This document shows positions 9,076-16,675 of a DNA stretch of 20,000 bases, piece by piece. The translations under genes and the position numbers were made by a program. The stretch lies in the IMG/VR virus record IMGVR_UViG_3300032330_000970; one strand, written 5' to 3'. The DNA is from an uncultured virus (IMG/VR IMGVR_UViG_3300032330_000970) (lineage: Duplodnaviria > Heunggongvirae > Uroviricota > Caudoviricetes). The notes under the pieces were generated by a model. It did not search any database and was not told where the DNA came from. It saw nothing but the letters and a program-made list of their open reading frames with translations. Position 1 is the first letter of the stretch. Each line of letters starts with the position of its first letter.

Positions 9076-9291
9076 ATGAAAAAGACACCCAAACCCGAAA
9101 CGCTGGGGACAATTAAAATCCTGGCCGAACGTCAACTCCAATATGTTGAAATGGATTTAGACGTTGATGGAAACACATTCAACAAAATTGCCAAGGCTGG
9201 GCTGATTGAAATCAAGCGTGATAAAAAAGCGTTGTTCAATTATGCAATCACCAAGGCACTGGAAGAATTAAGTGCAAGAGAGCGTAATTAA
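9076..9291 (+). CDS. Hypothetical protein
   Basis: Strong TAAGGAG Shine-Dalgarno; 71 aa. Confidence 0.7.
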   Translation: MKKTPKPETLGTIKILAERQLQYVEMDLDVDGNTFNKIAKAGLIEIKRDKKALFNYAITKALEELSARERN

Positions 9292-10281
9292 ATGTTTAGC
9301 ATCAGCTTTGGCGGCCTTACTGGGTTTGGCCGTATGTGTATTTTTAACCGCCATCTACATGCAAGTTCGTTGTTGGCTGCGGCGCTGGTTTTAATCCCGC
9401 TTTCGGCAAAAGGAACAGACTTTAGTCACCCATGCGAACTGAGCATGAAGTCTGTAGTTCGTGTGTTCCAGAATGAAAAGGACACAAACAAGATCACGTT
9501 TGGAACCGGCACAATCATTGGAAGGGATGGAACTATCCTGACATGCGCCCACGTAGTTGATGGGACTGGCAAGATTGATGTAATGTTTGGTGACGGTCTT
9601 ACCAACGCAGTTTATAGTGCCAAGGTAATTCAATCCGACGCGAAGTTGGATTTGGCTCTACTGAAACTTGAGGGATGTCCGGAACATTTGCGGCCGATGC
9701 CACTATCCAAAATGCCAACGCCTCCGCGGGGAACTCCAGTAGTGGCAATTGGTTCACCGCTTAAGATATTCCGAACGGCAACCCAAGGCATCGTTAGTTA
9801 TGCAGGTCCGGATGAAGGCCAAGATATCCTGGTGTTTGACGCCAGGGTCATGCCAGGATGCTCAGGAGGGCCCGTAATAGACGAATCTGGCGACCTTATA
9901 GGCATTGTGACGGGTGATCTAGGCAGAGACACTCATAGGCTTGCTAGGGCCGTTTACTTGACAGAAATCGAAAAGTTCTTGGCAAACGTATCGTCCAACG
10001 CTCCCCAACGGGGGTTTCTTGGGATTGACACAACTCCGGTAGGTACGGGGATTGCGGGTCCTGGAATGTCAGAAGGTCTGAAGGTTACCAATATGTCTGC
10101 CATAGATGAGCTTCTTCCGGGAGACGTAATCATGACTTTCAATGATTACCAAGCAACTAACCATAAAGACCTAGTTAGGATGGTTCGTAAATGTACACCA
10201 GGAGACCGAGTTGAGGTAGGCATTTTACGTAATGGTGAGTTCAAACTTATACACATGATTATTAAGGAGTTGCGGAAATGA
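9292..10281 (+). CDS. HtrA/DegP-like trypsin serine protease with a C-terminal PDZ domain (start uncertain)
   Basis: GTGTII..DG.ILTCAHVV (His), DLALLK (Asp), PGCSGGP (Ser). PDZ features GFLGI, L.PGDVI and V.ILRNG. Signal-like segment LLAAALVLIPLSA. Confidence 0.9.
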   Translation: MFSISFGGLTGFGRMCIFNRHLHASSLLAAALVLIPLSAKGTDFSHPCELSMKSVVRVFQNEKDTNKITFGTGTIIGRDGTILTCAHVVDGTGKIDVMFGDGLTNAVYSAKVIQSDAKLDLALLKLEGCPEHLRPMPLSKMPTPPRGTPVVAIGSPLKIFRTATQGIVSYAGPDEGQDILVFDARVMPGCSGGPVIDESGDLIGIVTGDLGRDTHRLARAVYLTEIEKFLANVSSNAPQRGFLGIDTTPVGTGIAGPGMSEGLKVTNMSAIDELLPGDVIMTFNDYQATNHKDLVRMVRKCTPGDRVEVGILRNGEFKLIHMIIKELRK

Positions 10282-10532
10282 CAACTCTTTTGGGCATCTT
10301 GTTCTCTACCATAGGGTTATGCGTGTGTGTTATTGGGTTCTCTCATTGGTTTGTGCAAACATTTAACATTGATGCATTTGTCAATAAATTTTGGGATCAT
10401 GAAGAGGCTAGAAACATACGTTTTGTCCCCAAAGGGACACATAAAATGATTAAGGTAAGGACTGACTTTATAGTCAAGTTACATACCCCCACCCACAGGA
10501 ATTGGTGTAAAGGATTACGAATCAAAGGTTAA
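10278..10532 (+). CDS. Hypothetical membrane protein
   Basis: AAGGAG Shine-Dalgarno; N-terminal hydrophobic helix. Confidence 0.7.
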   Translation: MTTLLGILFSTIGLCVCVIGFSHWFVQTFNIDAFVNKFWDHEEARNIRFVPKGTHKMIKVRTDFIVKLHTPTHRNWCKGLRIKG

Positions 10533-10790
10533 GGATTCGAAGGGTGTAGGGTGGGGGGTGGAGGGGTGGTTTTGAACTCGTTGTTCCTACAGCTTTGCGT
10601 GTGTGCCGTGTGTGTCAAAACTTCCGGAACGAGTTGGGGTACCCCCACCCACCCCCACCACTCCCACCCTCTCTTTCTTTATATTTATATATTTAAATAA
10701 TAAACATATACTTACACAAGGACCCAAGGTTAAAAATTTGGGTGGGGGTACCACTTTTTGACCCCCCACCCTAGGCAACACCCCCACCCT
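10484..10790. repeat. CCCCCACCC repeats in both orientations around an AT-rich core (candidate replication origin)
   Basis: Perfect inverted repeats at 10547-10559/10761-10773 and 10638-10651/10739-10752; AT-rich stretch at about 10672-10712. Confidence 0.7.
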
Positions 10791-10941
10791 AAAGGATGCT
10801 TCTGCTGGTGACTGCCTGCCGCACTTCTCTCTTCAGCTAGTCCAAAGGGCAAGGAAAGTGCTAAAACGCCCACCCAGCAAAAGCAATCACGACTATGATT
10901 TGTCCTTTACAGAAGTCAAAGGGTTTGAGACACTACGCCCT

Positions 10942-11118
10942 ATGAAAACACTTGGTTTCAACTTCAGCCTATTCGGTTTTGTTTTCAACCTTCGAATCAG
11001 CGCTTATCGATCTGCGCACCATGCCCCAGTGTTTCATTACGGTTCGACTTCAAACTTTGGTAAATGGAAGATTCCCCCGACTGGCATCAAGAACAAATAC
11101 AAGAGGAGACATAAATGA
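10942..11118 (+). CDS. Small hypothetical protein
   Basis: ATG at 10942 preferred over the GTG at 10858; the stop overlaps the next start. Confidence 0.5.
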   Translation: MKTLGFNFSLFGFVFNLRISAYRSAHHAPVFHYGSTSNFGKWKIPPTGIKNKYKRRHK

Positions 11119-11855
11119 AACAACCTAAAATTGTAACCATCGGTACACCCGCTTATGGTGGTCAGGTCACCAGCGGGTTTGCCACCTCCCTTGCTGCGTC
11201 AGTCAGTTTGTTTCAAAGCTACAACATGGAGTTGCACTGCATTCTTTTAACCGGACATTCCGTGATCCAAATGGCTCGCAACCGTGTGTTGCGCGAGTTC
11301 TTGAAAACAGACAGCGAAATGCTTGTGTGGATTGATTCCGATATTTCGTGGAATCCCACAGATCTTTTAAAGCTTTGCTTGCATGAAGAAGAAGTTGTCG
11401 GAGCAACCTACAGAAAGAAAACTGCCAACACGACCGAGTTTACCGTTCAGTTAAAGCGTGGAAATCTTGACCCCGATGACCGCGGCTTGCTTGAAGTTGA
11501 CCGCATTGGAACAGGATTCCTTCGCGTAACGCGGGAAGCTCTTGACGATTTGATTAAGGATACCAATCACCTTGACCTCCACAATAAAAATACCCAGACC
11601 CATACGATTGGTGGTTCTGGCAAGTATCAGGATTCCCAAACAGAATATATCCACAATGTGTTTGAGGTCGGCATCTACAAAGGCGAGTTCCTTTCCGAAG
11701 ACTTTATCTTTTGTGAGAAGCTAAAAGAAAAAGGTTACAAGATCATGATGGATACCAAAATTGATCTTGGGCATGAAGGGTCTTATGTTTACCGCGGAAG
11801 CATTTCGCACTTTCTTAAGTACATCAAAGAAGAAGAGGCCAAAGAAAAGAAATGA
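11115..11855 (+). CDS. GT-A fold (GT2-like) glycosyltransferase-like phage protein
   Basis: GTPAY, ARN, WIDSD (DxD), GTGFL, SEDFIFC and LGHEG motifs; GGAG Shine-Dalgarno. Confidence 0.8.
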   Translation: MKQPKIVTIGTPAYGGQVTSGFATSLAASVSLFQSYNMELHCILLTGHSVIQMARNRVLREFLKTDSEMLVWIDSDISWNPTDLLKLCLHEEEVVGATYRKKTANTTEFTVQLKRGNLDPDDRGLLEVDRIGTGFLRVTREALDDLIKDTNHLDLHNKNTQTHTIGGSGKYQDSQTEYIHNVFEVGIYKGEFLSEDFIFCEKLKEKGYKIMMDTKIDLGHEGSYVYRGSISHFLKYIKEEEAKEKK

Positions 11856-11913
11856 TATACGGATTCTTGCTGGGAATTCTTGTCTATTGGATCTTTGACA
11901 AATCCCGTAAAAG

Positions 11914-12348
11914 GTGCGGCTGGTGCAATCGACCTCAGTAAAAACTAAGTGGCTTGATCTCGCTATGCGGCTGGCTGACGCCGCGGCTAAAACCAGCGAA
12001 GATCAATTTGTTAAAGTTGGTTCTGCAATTCTTCGACACGACGGATCGGTTTGCGGAGTTGGCTATAACGGTTATCCACCAGGGTTTGATTTGACTAAAC
12101 AAGAATCTTTAGACCGCGATTACCGGCGGGACTTTATGGTCCATGCCGAGATCAACGCCTTGGCTTATTGCAATCCTGGCGAACCTTTTATTATGGCCGT
12201 GACTTACCCTCCGTGTAAAGCTTGCTTGTTGGAAGCCGCCCGGTATGGAGTTAAGAATTTGATTTACCGTGAAAACAAAGACCGTGACATTTTTCCGTCA
12301 GATTATTTGGCCGCCCGTTTGGGCCTCACCCTGATTATCGAGAAGTAA
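11914..12348 (+). CDS. dCMP deaminase
   Basis: KVGS, GYNG, HAE and PCKAC zinc-deaminase motifs. Confidence 0.9.
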   Translation: MRLVQSTSVKTKWLDLAMRLADAAAKTSEDQFVKVGSAILRHDGSVCGVGYNGYPPGFDLTKQESLDRDYRRDFMVHAEINALAYCNPGEPFIMAVTYPPCKACLLEAARYGVKNLIYRENKDRDIFPSDYLAARLGLTLIIEK

Positions 12349-12678
12349 TTAGGCAGACCACCAACCAACGTTGGGAGGAAATGCGCTTTTCTTCTTTGTG
12401 ATATCCGCACCCTGACCGGGAACTTGAGGCTGCCCCGGCTTTTGATTTTGAGGGATTGCGGGAGCTTGCACTGGTTGCGGTGGAACTGTATCAGTAATTT
12501 GCTTTTGACCCGCTGCTACCAGTTTGTCGTATTCACTTTTGATAATAGCGTCAATGCTTGCAACACCGGTCAACAAGTCTTCAATCCGCGGAAGAGTGCT
12601 CGCCGCACCCGTATTCTTTGGGAGGATGTTCTGTGGGGAATAATCGTCAGCCTGATGAATGCCTGAAAGCAATTCCAT
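12349..12678 (-). CDS. Hypothetical protein with a Pro/Gln-rich C-terminus
   Basis: 109-aa ORF abutting the deaminase stop tail-to-tail, with its own promoter-like sequence. Confidence 0.7.
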   Translation of the reverse strand: MELLSGIHQADDYSPQNILPKNTGAASTLPRIEDLLTGVASIDAIIKSEYDKLVAAGQKQITDTVPPQPVQAPAIPQNQKPGQPQVPGQGADITKKKSAFPPNVGWWSA

Positions 12679-12684
12679 TAACCA

Positions 12685-12712
12685 AGTGTATTTTGCCAGC
12701 CATCTAAGTCAA
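12685..12712 (-). promoter_or_regulatory. Sigma70-type promoter, probably leaderless
   Basis: TTGACT-N16-TACACT-N6-ATG on the minus strand. Confidence 0.65.
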
Positions 12713-12865
12713 CCCACAAAAATAAATTAAATTTTTAAAATACATATACCCTATTATGGGCTGGCTGGAAGGGGGGTGGGGGAGGGGGTGCGTATAGGGG
12801 TTGTCCCGCAAACCCACAGCCCGATAGGGCAGGGGGGAGGGGGAAACCAAAAAGGAAACATAACT

Positions 12866-13291
12866 ATGAACAAAGCAATCATTAACTCTAACGAAGTAAC
12901 CATCAAACCCGCACGCACGGCCAAGAGTGGCAAGGCACTGAAGGCAGTGTTTGGACGTTGGGATGGCGAGGCACTTGTGACGGATGGCGGAAGGCTGGCA
13001 TCTCGCAAGGATTTCGGAACCATCCAAGACATCAAGGGTGCTCAACTCACAACCGAATACGCCAAGGCTCAAGCATCCTTCAACACCCTCGGCGAAGCCA
13101 CGCTCGCAAAGGAGCAGAGCGAGGTAGCATCGGGACGGCGAGAGATGAAACGCATCTTCACCAACCCCAAGAATGGGCGAACCATTCTCGAGACTGCACC
13201 CGCTGACAAGGCGGTGAAGGTTGTCGAAGCCCTCAAGGGATTGCCCCAAGAGGTGCAGGACAAGGTACTGGCCGCCCTCAAGATGGCCTAA
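12866..13291 (+). CDS. Ala/Lys-rich hypothetical early protein
   Basis: AAAGGA Shine-Dalgarno before the ATG at 12866; followed by a terminator. Confidence 0.75.
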   Translation: MNKAIINSNEVTIKPARTAKSGKALKAVFGRWDGEALVTDGGRLASRKDFGTIQDIKGAQLTTEYAKAQASFNTLGEATLAKEQSEVASGRREMKRIFTNPKNGRTILETAPADKAVKVVEALKGLPQEVQDKVLAALKMA

Positions 13292-13298
13292 CCCACTA

Positions 13299-13335
13299 GG
13301 GGAGGGGGGAGAGAAATCTCCCCCCTTCTCTTTTT
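13299..13335 (+). terminator. Rho-independent terminator
   Basis: GGGGAGGGGGGAGA-GAAA-TCTCCCCCCTTCTC stem-loop followed by TTTTT. Confidence 0.8.
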
Positions 13336-13413
13336 ATATCAAAGAATCCAAGAATCTTAGAATCTATGATACCAAGCTTAATGTATAAGTCGCACAATAC
13401 ATCTTGTATCAAA

Positions 13414-13869
13414 TTACACGTCGATGGTCGGCTTCGGTGCATCGTCGGTTCGAAGAATCGCCAAGTTAACCACAGTCTTTCCCATTTGTCCACCGTTTTG
13501 TGTTGCGAGTCCCAAAGCTGGTCGAGCTATTCTGTCCACCTTCTCGAGAACTTCGATATGATCTTTCAATTCCTTCCTGCTTCCAGGCATCTCGGCTTCG
13601 AGGACGTCCAAGCTGTGGTCGACTTGATTAGCAATCCTCGACAGATATCTGGCCTGTTTATCGGTAGCAGTCTGCACAATCTCCCGATCCACCTTCTGCT
13701 TCAGTTGCACAATGTTTGCATCCTTCCGTGCAACCCACTTGCATCGCCTAGCTTTACTAGCCAAAGTGTTAAGGCTCAGACAATACTGCGATGCAATGAA
13801 GCTACGACTCTTGCCTCCAACGAAGTCACGTTCAACCGCTTTCCAATCTATAGCCAAGGCTTTAGGCAT
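13414..13869 (-). CDS. Terminase small subunit-like HTH protein
   Basis: IDWKAVERDFVGGKS...IA.QY.LS.NTL..KARR.KW is a typical TerS N-terminal HTH, followed by helical segments. Confidence 0.65.
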   Translation of the reverse strand: MPKALAIDWKAVERDFVGGKSRSFIASQYCLSLNTLASKARRCKWVARKDANIVQLKQKVDREIVQTATDKQARYLSRIANQVDHSLDVLEAEMPGSRKELKDHIEVLEKVDRIARPALGLATQNGGQMGKTVVNLAILRTDDAPKPTIDV

Positions 13870-13875
13870 AAGCCT

Positions 13876-13904
13876 AGCTTATCGGGCATTGTGCATAAGG
13901 TCAA
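13876..13904 (-). promoter_or_regulatory. Sigma70-type promoter, probably leaderless
   Basis: TTGACC-N17-TAAGCT-N6-ATG on the minus strand. Confidence 0.6.
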
Positions 13905-14026
13905 TGCATCTTTGAATCAAGGAATCAACGATGCCGTGCATCCTGTGCACAATCAACCTTCATCCCCCCTGCCTTTCGGGTCGTTCCCGAAGGGGGAGGG
14001 GGAACCGCAGCGTATAAGGAGTACAT

Positions 14027-14503
14027 ATGAATAACACATACCTACAAGACTTCGGAACCTTACGCCGTGCAATGCACGACCGAGAGGTTAATGACCCTAT
14101 GTCCAGTGCTGGTCGTTGGGATGACCTGCAACTTGACCTACGCAAACCCCATATCCCGAAGCCTCGTCGGGACAATGTCCCCGCTAACCGCAGCTTGACT
14201 GTGGGCGGTGTGACGATTGGCCTCAAGGCTAACGTGAGTGGCGAGGTGACTACTGCCCTTGGCTTTGTATCCCGCGGGGCTTACAAGCACCAGTTGGTTA
14301 CCCCCAAGGCTCACAACTACCGCAGGGCTATGACCGAGGCTGGCAAGCCCGAGCAGACCAAGCTATTCCTCGATGTGGCTCCCAAGTATATGTCCATCCG
14401 CGATGGTATCAGATTCCATATCAGGAAGGTTCGGTTCGGTAGGTCTCCCGCCCGCAGTTTGGAAGCTGTGCGGTTGCTGTGGCCTTTGAGGAACTCCCGA
14501 TGA
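14027..14503 (+). CDS. Hypothetical protein
   Basis: TAAGGAG Shine-Dalgarno; 158 aa. Confidence 0.75.
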   Translation: MNNTYLQDFGTLRRAMHDREVNDPMSSAGRWDDLQLDLRKPHIPKPRRDNVPANRSLTVGGVTIGLKANVSGEVTTALGFVSRGAYKHQLVTPKAHNYRRAMTEAGKPEQTKLFLDVAPKYMSIRDGIRFHIRKVRFGRSPARSLEAVRLLWPLRNSR

Positions 14504-14751
14504 AGTGTGTCATCTGTGACGATCTTATCGAGGCCGAGCGTATCAACCTAGGTTTCTCCAAGTGCAAGGGCTGTGCGTTCCTGCACCCCGAAGAGAAGGT
14601 CAAAGGTGCGATGGTTTACTTGGATAAGACTGGCGGGGCAATCAATGTGATGAGTCCCGAAAGCTTTGATAACTACAAACGAATTTCGCGCAGGGTCGGT
14701 CAGCGTTCGGCACTAAGGAATGTGCTGGACAATGGCGGTCGCTCGCAATAA
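14500..14751 (+). CDS. DksA/TraR-like C4 zinc-finger protein
   Basis: MKCVICDDLIEAER...CKGC, i.e. CxxC..I...R...CxxC; ATGA-coupled start. Confidence 0.65.
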   Translation: MKCVICDDLIEAERINLGFSKCKGCAFLHPEEKVKGAMVYLDKTGGAINVMSPESFDNYKRISRRVGQRSALRNVLDNGGRSQ

Positions 14752-14772
14752 CCAAAAGGAGACACAAACCAA

Positions 14773-15057
14773 ATGAGAGGTAGACCCATCGATCTCAAAC
14801 ACGTCGTGACCAATGCCAGCCAAGCTTATTATAATCGCAGACTGAATAAGAAAGACTGGCAAAGGAATGTCAAGATGGCCAGACGCACTAGCCGAACGAC
14901 CATCGCGCTCAAGCGGAAAGAAGGCTTGGAATATCAGTATGCGTTGACTGACATCCATCGGGCGATCATCAAGAAAGCTATGATGACCCCCGATGAAGCT
15001 TATCAACGAAACAAGGTAACCAAGAAGCTAGGGCTTGCTTGGGTTATGTGCGGATGA
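14773..15057 (+). CDS. Basic hypothetical protein
   Basis: AAGGAG Shine-Dalgarno; 94 aa. Confidence 0.7.
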   Translation: MRGRPIDLKHVVTNASQAYYNRRLNKKDWQRNVKMARRTSRTTIALKRKEGLEYQYALTDIHRAIIKKAMMTPDEAYQRNKVTKKLGLAWVMCG

Positions 15058-15139
15058 GTGCCGAGAGATTACTGCTGTGGAGTTGGCTGTTCATGCTGAC
15101 TCCGTCACCCAAGCTTCGGCACGGAAACAACTAGGCGGA

Positions 15140-15197
15140 TAGACCAACTGACCTGCTGCCCGCGGGTAGGTCAGAAGTCTGGCCGATAGGCTGGAAA
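15140..15197 (+). ncRNA. Repeated structured element, copy 1
   Basis: TAGAC-N3-[hairpin]-N2-GTCT-GGCCGATAGGCTGGAAA; the same architecture recurs at 17630. Confidence 0.55.
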
Positions 15198-15232
15198 TGA
15201 AAGTAACACTAACCAAGAAAGAATCAGTAAAT

Positions 15233-15466
15233 ATGAAACTGAATAACGAAGGTAAGATAGTCATTGAAGTGAAACACGGCGTGTCATCAGACGGGAGTCT
15301 GAACGGCCGTTACTATATGGCCAGCATGGAAGGCTGGACTGGTGAGGGCTTGACCGAAGCGGACGCGGTGCGCGATGTGCATCAGTCCCGTGCGGAAGCT
15401 TTGACCAAGCTTCACCACAACAACCGCGTGTTTGGAACGCGCCTAAACTTCGAGGTGGTCTCGTGA
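15233..15466 (+). CDS. Hypothetical protein (alternative start at 15197)
   Basis: ORF with an A-rich leader. Confidence 0.65.
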   Translation: MKLNNEGKIVIEVKHGVSSDGSLNGRYYMASMEGWTGEGLTEADAVRDVHQSRAEALTKLHHNNRVFGTRLNFEVVS

Positions 15467-15603
15467 GTTGGGCGGAGTTCTTTGAGGTGATGACGATCAT
15501 CATCCAACTCGTGTGTGCGTTTCTGGTAATCCCTAGTTGCCTAGTCGCAGCTACGATTCTTCTACACCGCCTTCTCAAGATGGCCGCGGAGGAATTGAAT
15601 TGA
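15463..15603 (+). CDS. Small single-pass membrane protein (46 aa)
   Basis: GTGA-coupled with GAGG upstream; MSWAEFFEVMTIIIQLVCAFLVIPSCLVAATILL... Confidence 0.55.
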   Translation: MSWAEFFEVMTIIIQLVCAFLVIPSCLVAATILLHRLLKMAAEELN

Positions 15604-15953
15604 AAGCTGGCGACAAGCTATGGGTCGATGCCCAAATGATTGAGATCTTGAAAGGTCACAATCTTGGGCGGAAGTTCCGCTTGAACACTGGCGTGGTCGA
15701 GGTAGCTGGCGACATCTACACCGATGACACGATGGTGCCGAAGGAACTGAATGTGAAAATCGGTGATGCCCGTTGGGTCAGCCTGCCTTTGGGTGAGCTG
15801 GAACGTCCGTGGCGTTACCCAACCTTCCGCCGTTTGCTTGCGGTTATCCGCTCGTGGACTGGTGACTGGTTGTTCCGTGCTCGCAAGAAAGAGCAGGGAA
15901 TCGACATCGAAGAAACAATTAACAATGAGGAGAACGACAATGATCAAAGTTAA
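15600..15953 (+). CDS. Hypothetical protein
   Basis: Probable TTG start at 15600 after GGAGG, overlapping the upstream stop. Confidence 0.6.
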   Translation: MKAGDKLWVDAQMIEILKGHNLGRKFRLNTGVVEVAGDIYTDDTMVPKELNVKIGDARWVSLPLGELERPWRYPTFRRLLAVIRSWTGDWLFRARKKEQGIDIEETINNEENDNDQS

Positions 15954-16125
15954 GCTTGGTTGGGGGTGGATGCGTTTCCACTTCTTCGCAAACAGATTCA
16001 ACAACGCCATCGTGGCTAACGTGGAGTTTCGGCCTCTCGGTTTTGAATTCTACCGCGGTAGTCATTCGGCAATCATCTACTTGGAGCTTGTCATCGGCAC
16101 GCTGATGATCAAGTTGAGCAAATGA
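15940..16125 (+). CDS. Hypothetical protein
   Basis: GAGGAG Shine-Dalgarno before the ATG at 15940. Confidence 0.6.
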   Translation: MIKVKLGWGWMRFHFFANRFNNAIVANVEFRPLGFEFYRGSHSAIIYLELVIGTLMIKLSK

Positions 16126-16289
16126 AAGCTGACAAATACTTAGATACTTGTACAGAAGCAGAGTGTGAGTTTGTATACGAGAGATTTTATGGCCAATCGA
16201 CGCATGAATTGGTTGAAGATCTCCTAAGTTACATTGACCACGAACCTATCAAACAATTAGTCGAAAACTATAGAAAGGAAACCAAATGA
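16122..16289 (+). CDS. Small hypothetical protein (55 aa)
   Basis: ATGA overlaps at both ends; fills the gap exactly. Confidence 0.6.
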   Translation: MKADKYLDTCTEAECEFVYERFYGQSTHELVEDLLSYIDHEPIKQLVENYRKETK

Positions 16290-16675
16290 GTTACCCAATC
16301 GAAGTCGTGGCCGAGAAGGGAACGCTCCAGCGCAGGCTGGGTCTGACCCCTATCGACCGAACCTCAACGGCAGACTTCCCGAAAGGGAAGGTGACCATCA
16401 GAACAAACAGAATTCCAACAACATCAGAGGGCGGAGCTTATGCGTTCTACTACTCAAACCCCAAAGGTTACAGAGCAGTGTGTCACGTCGGCCCTGTGTT
16501 TGAATACACAAGCCAAGGAAGAGTTGCCAGTGAGGAAATCTATTATCACTTCAACTCTGGTTGCTTGAAGAAAACTCAACTCGACGCGTTTGTCGGAACC
16601 ATCAAGGCCATCGAAGCCAAGGTCGATGCCCTTATGAGAAAGGAATCCAATGGCTACCAAGACGAAATCAGTTAA
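16286..16675 (+). CDS. Hypothetical protein
   Basis: AAAGGA Shine-Dalgarno; 129 aa. Confidence 0.7.
   Translation: MSYPIEVVAEKGTLQRRLGLTPIDRTSTADFPKGKVTIRTNRIPTTSEGGAYAFYYSNPKGYRAVCHVGPVFEYTSQGRVASEEIYYHFNSGCLKKTQLDAFVGTIKAIEAKVDALMRKESNGYQDEIS

Noticed and set aside
10587..10787. 66-aa minus-strand ORF
   Set aside because: A low-complexity by-product of the G/C repeats, with no initiation signal.
12795..12845. c-di-GMP-I riboswitch suggested by GCAAACC
   Set aside because: The GNRA loop, its receptor and the second-stem consensus are not present.
12704..13249. 181-aa minus-strand ORF
   Set aside because: It is the shadow of the Shine-Dalgarno-led plus-strand gene 12866-13291 and runs through the G-tracts.
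13342..13364. AGAATC repeated three times in the intergenic region
   Set aside because: Too short and imperfect to support a function.
13366..14034. 222-aa plus-strand ORF
   Set aside because: It is the antisense shadow of the TerS-like gene and has an unnatural Ser/Leu/His-rich composition.
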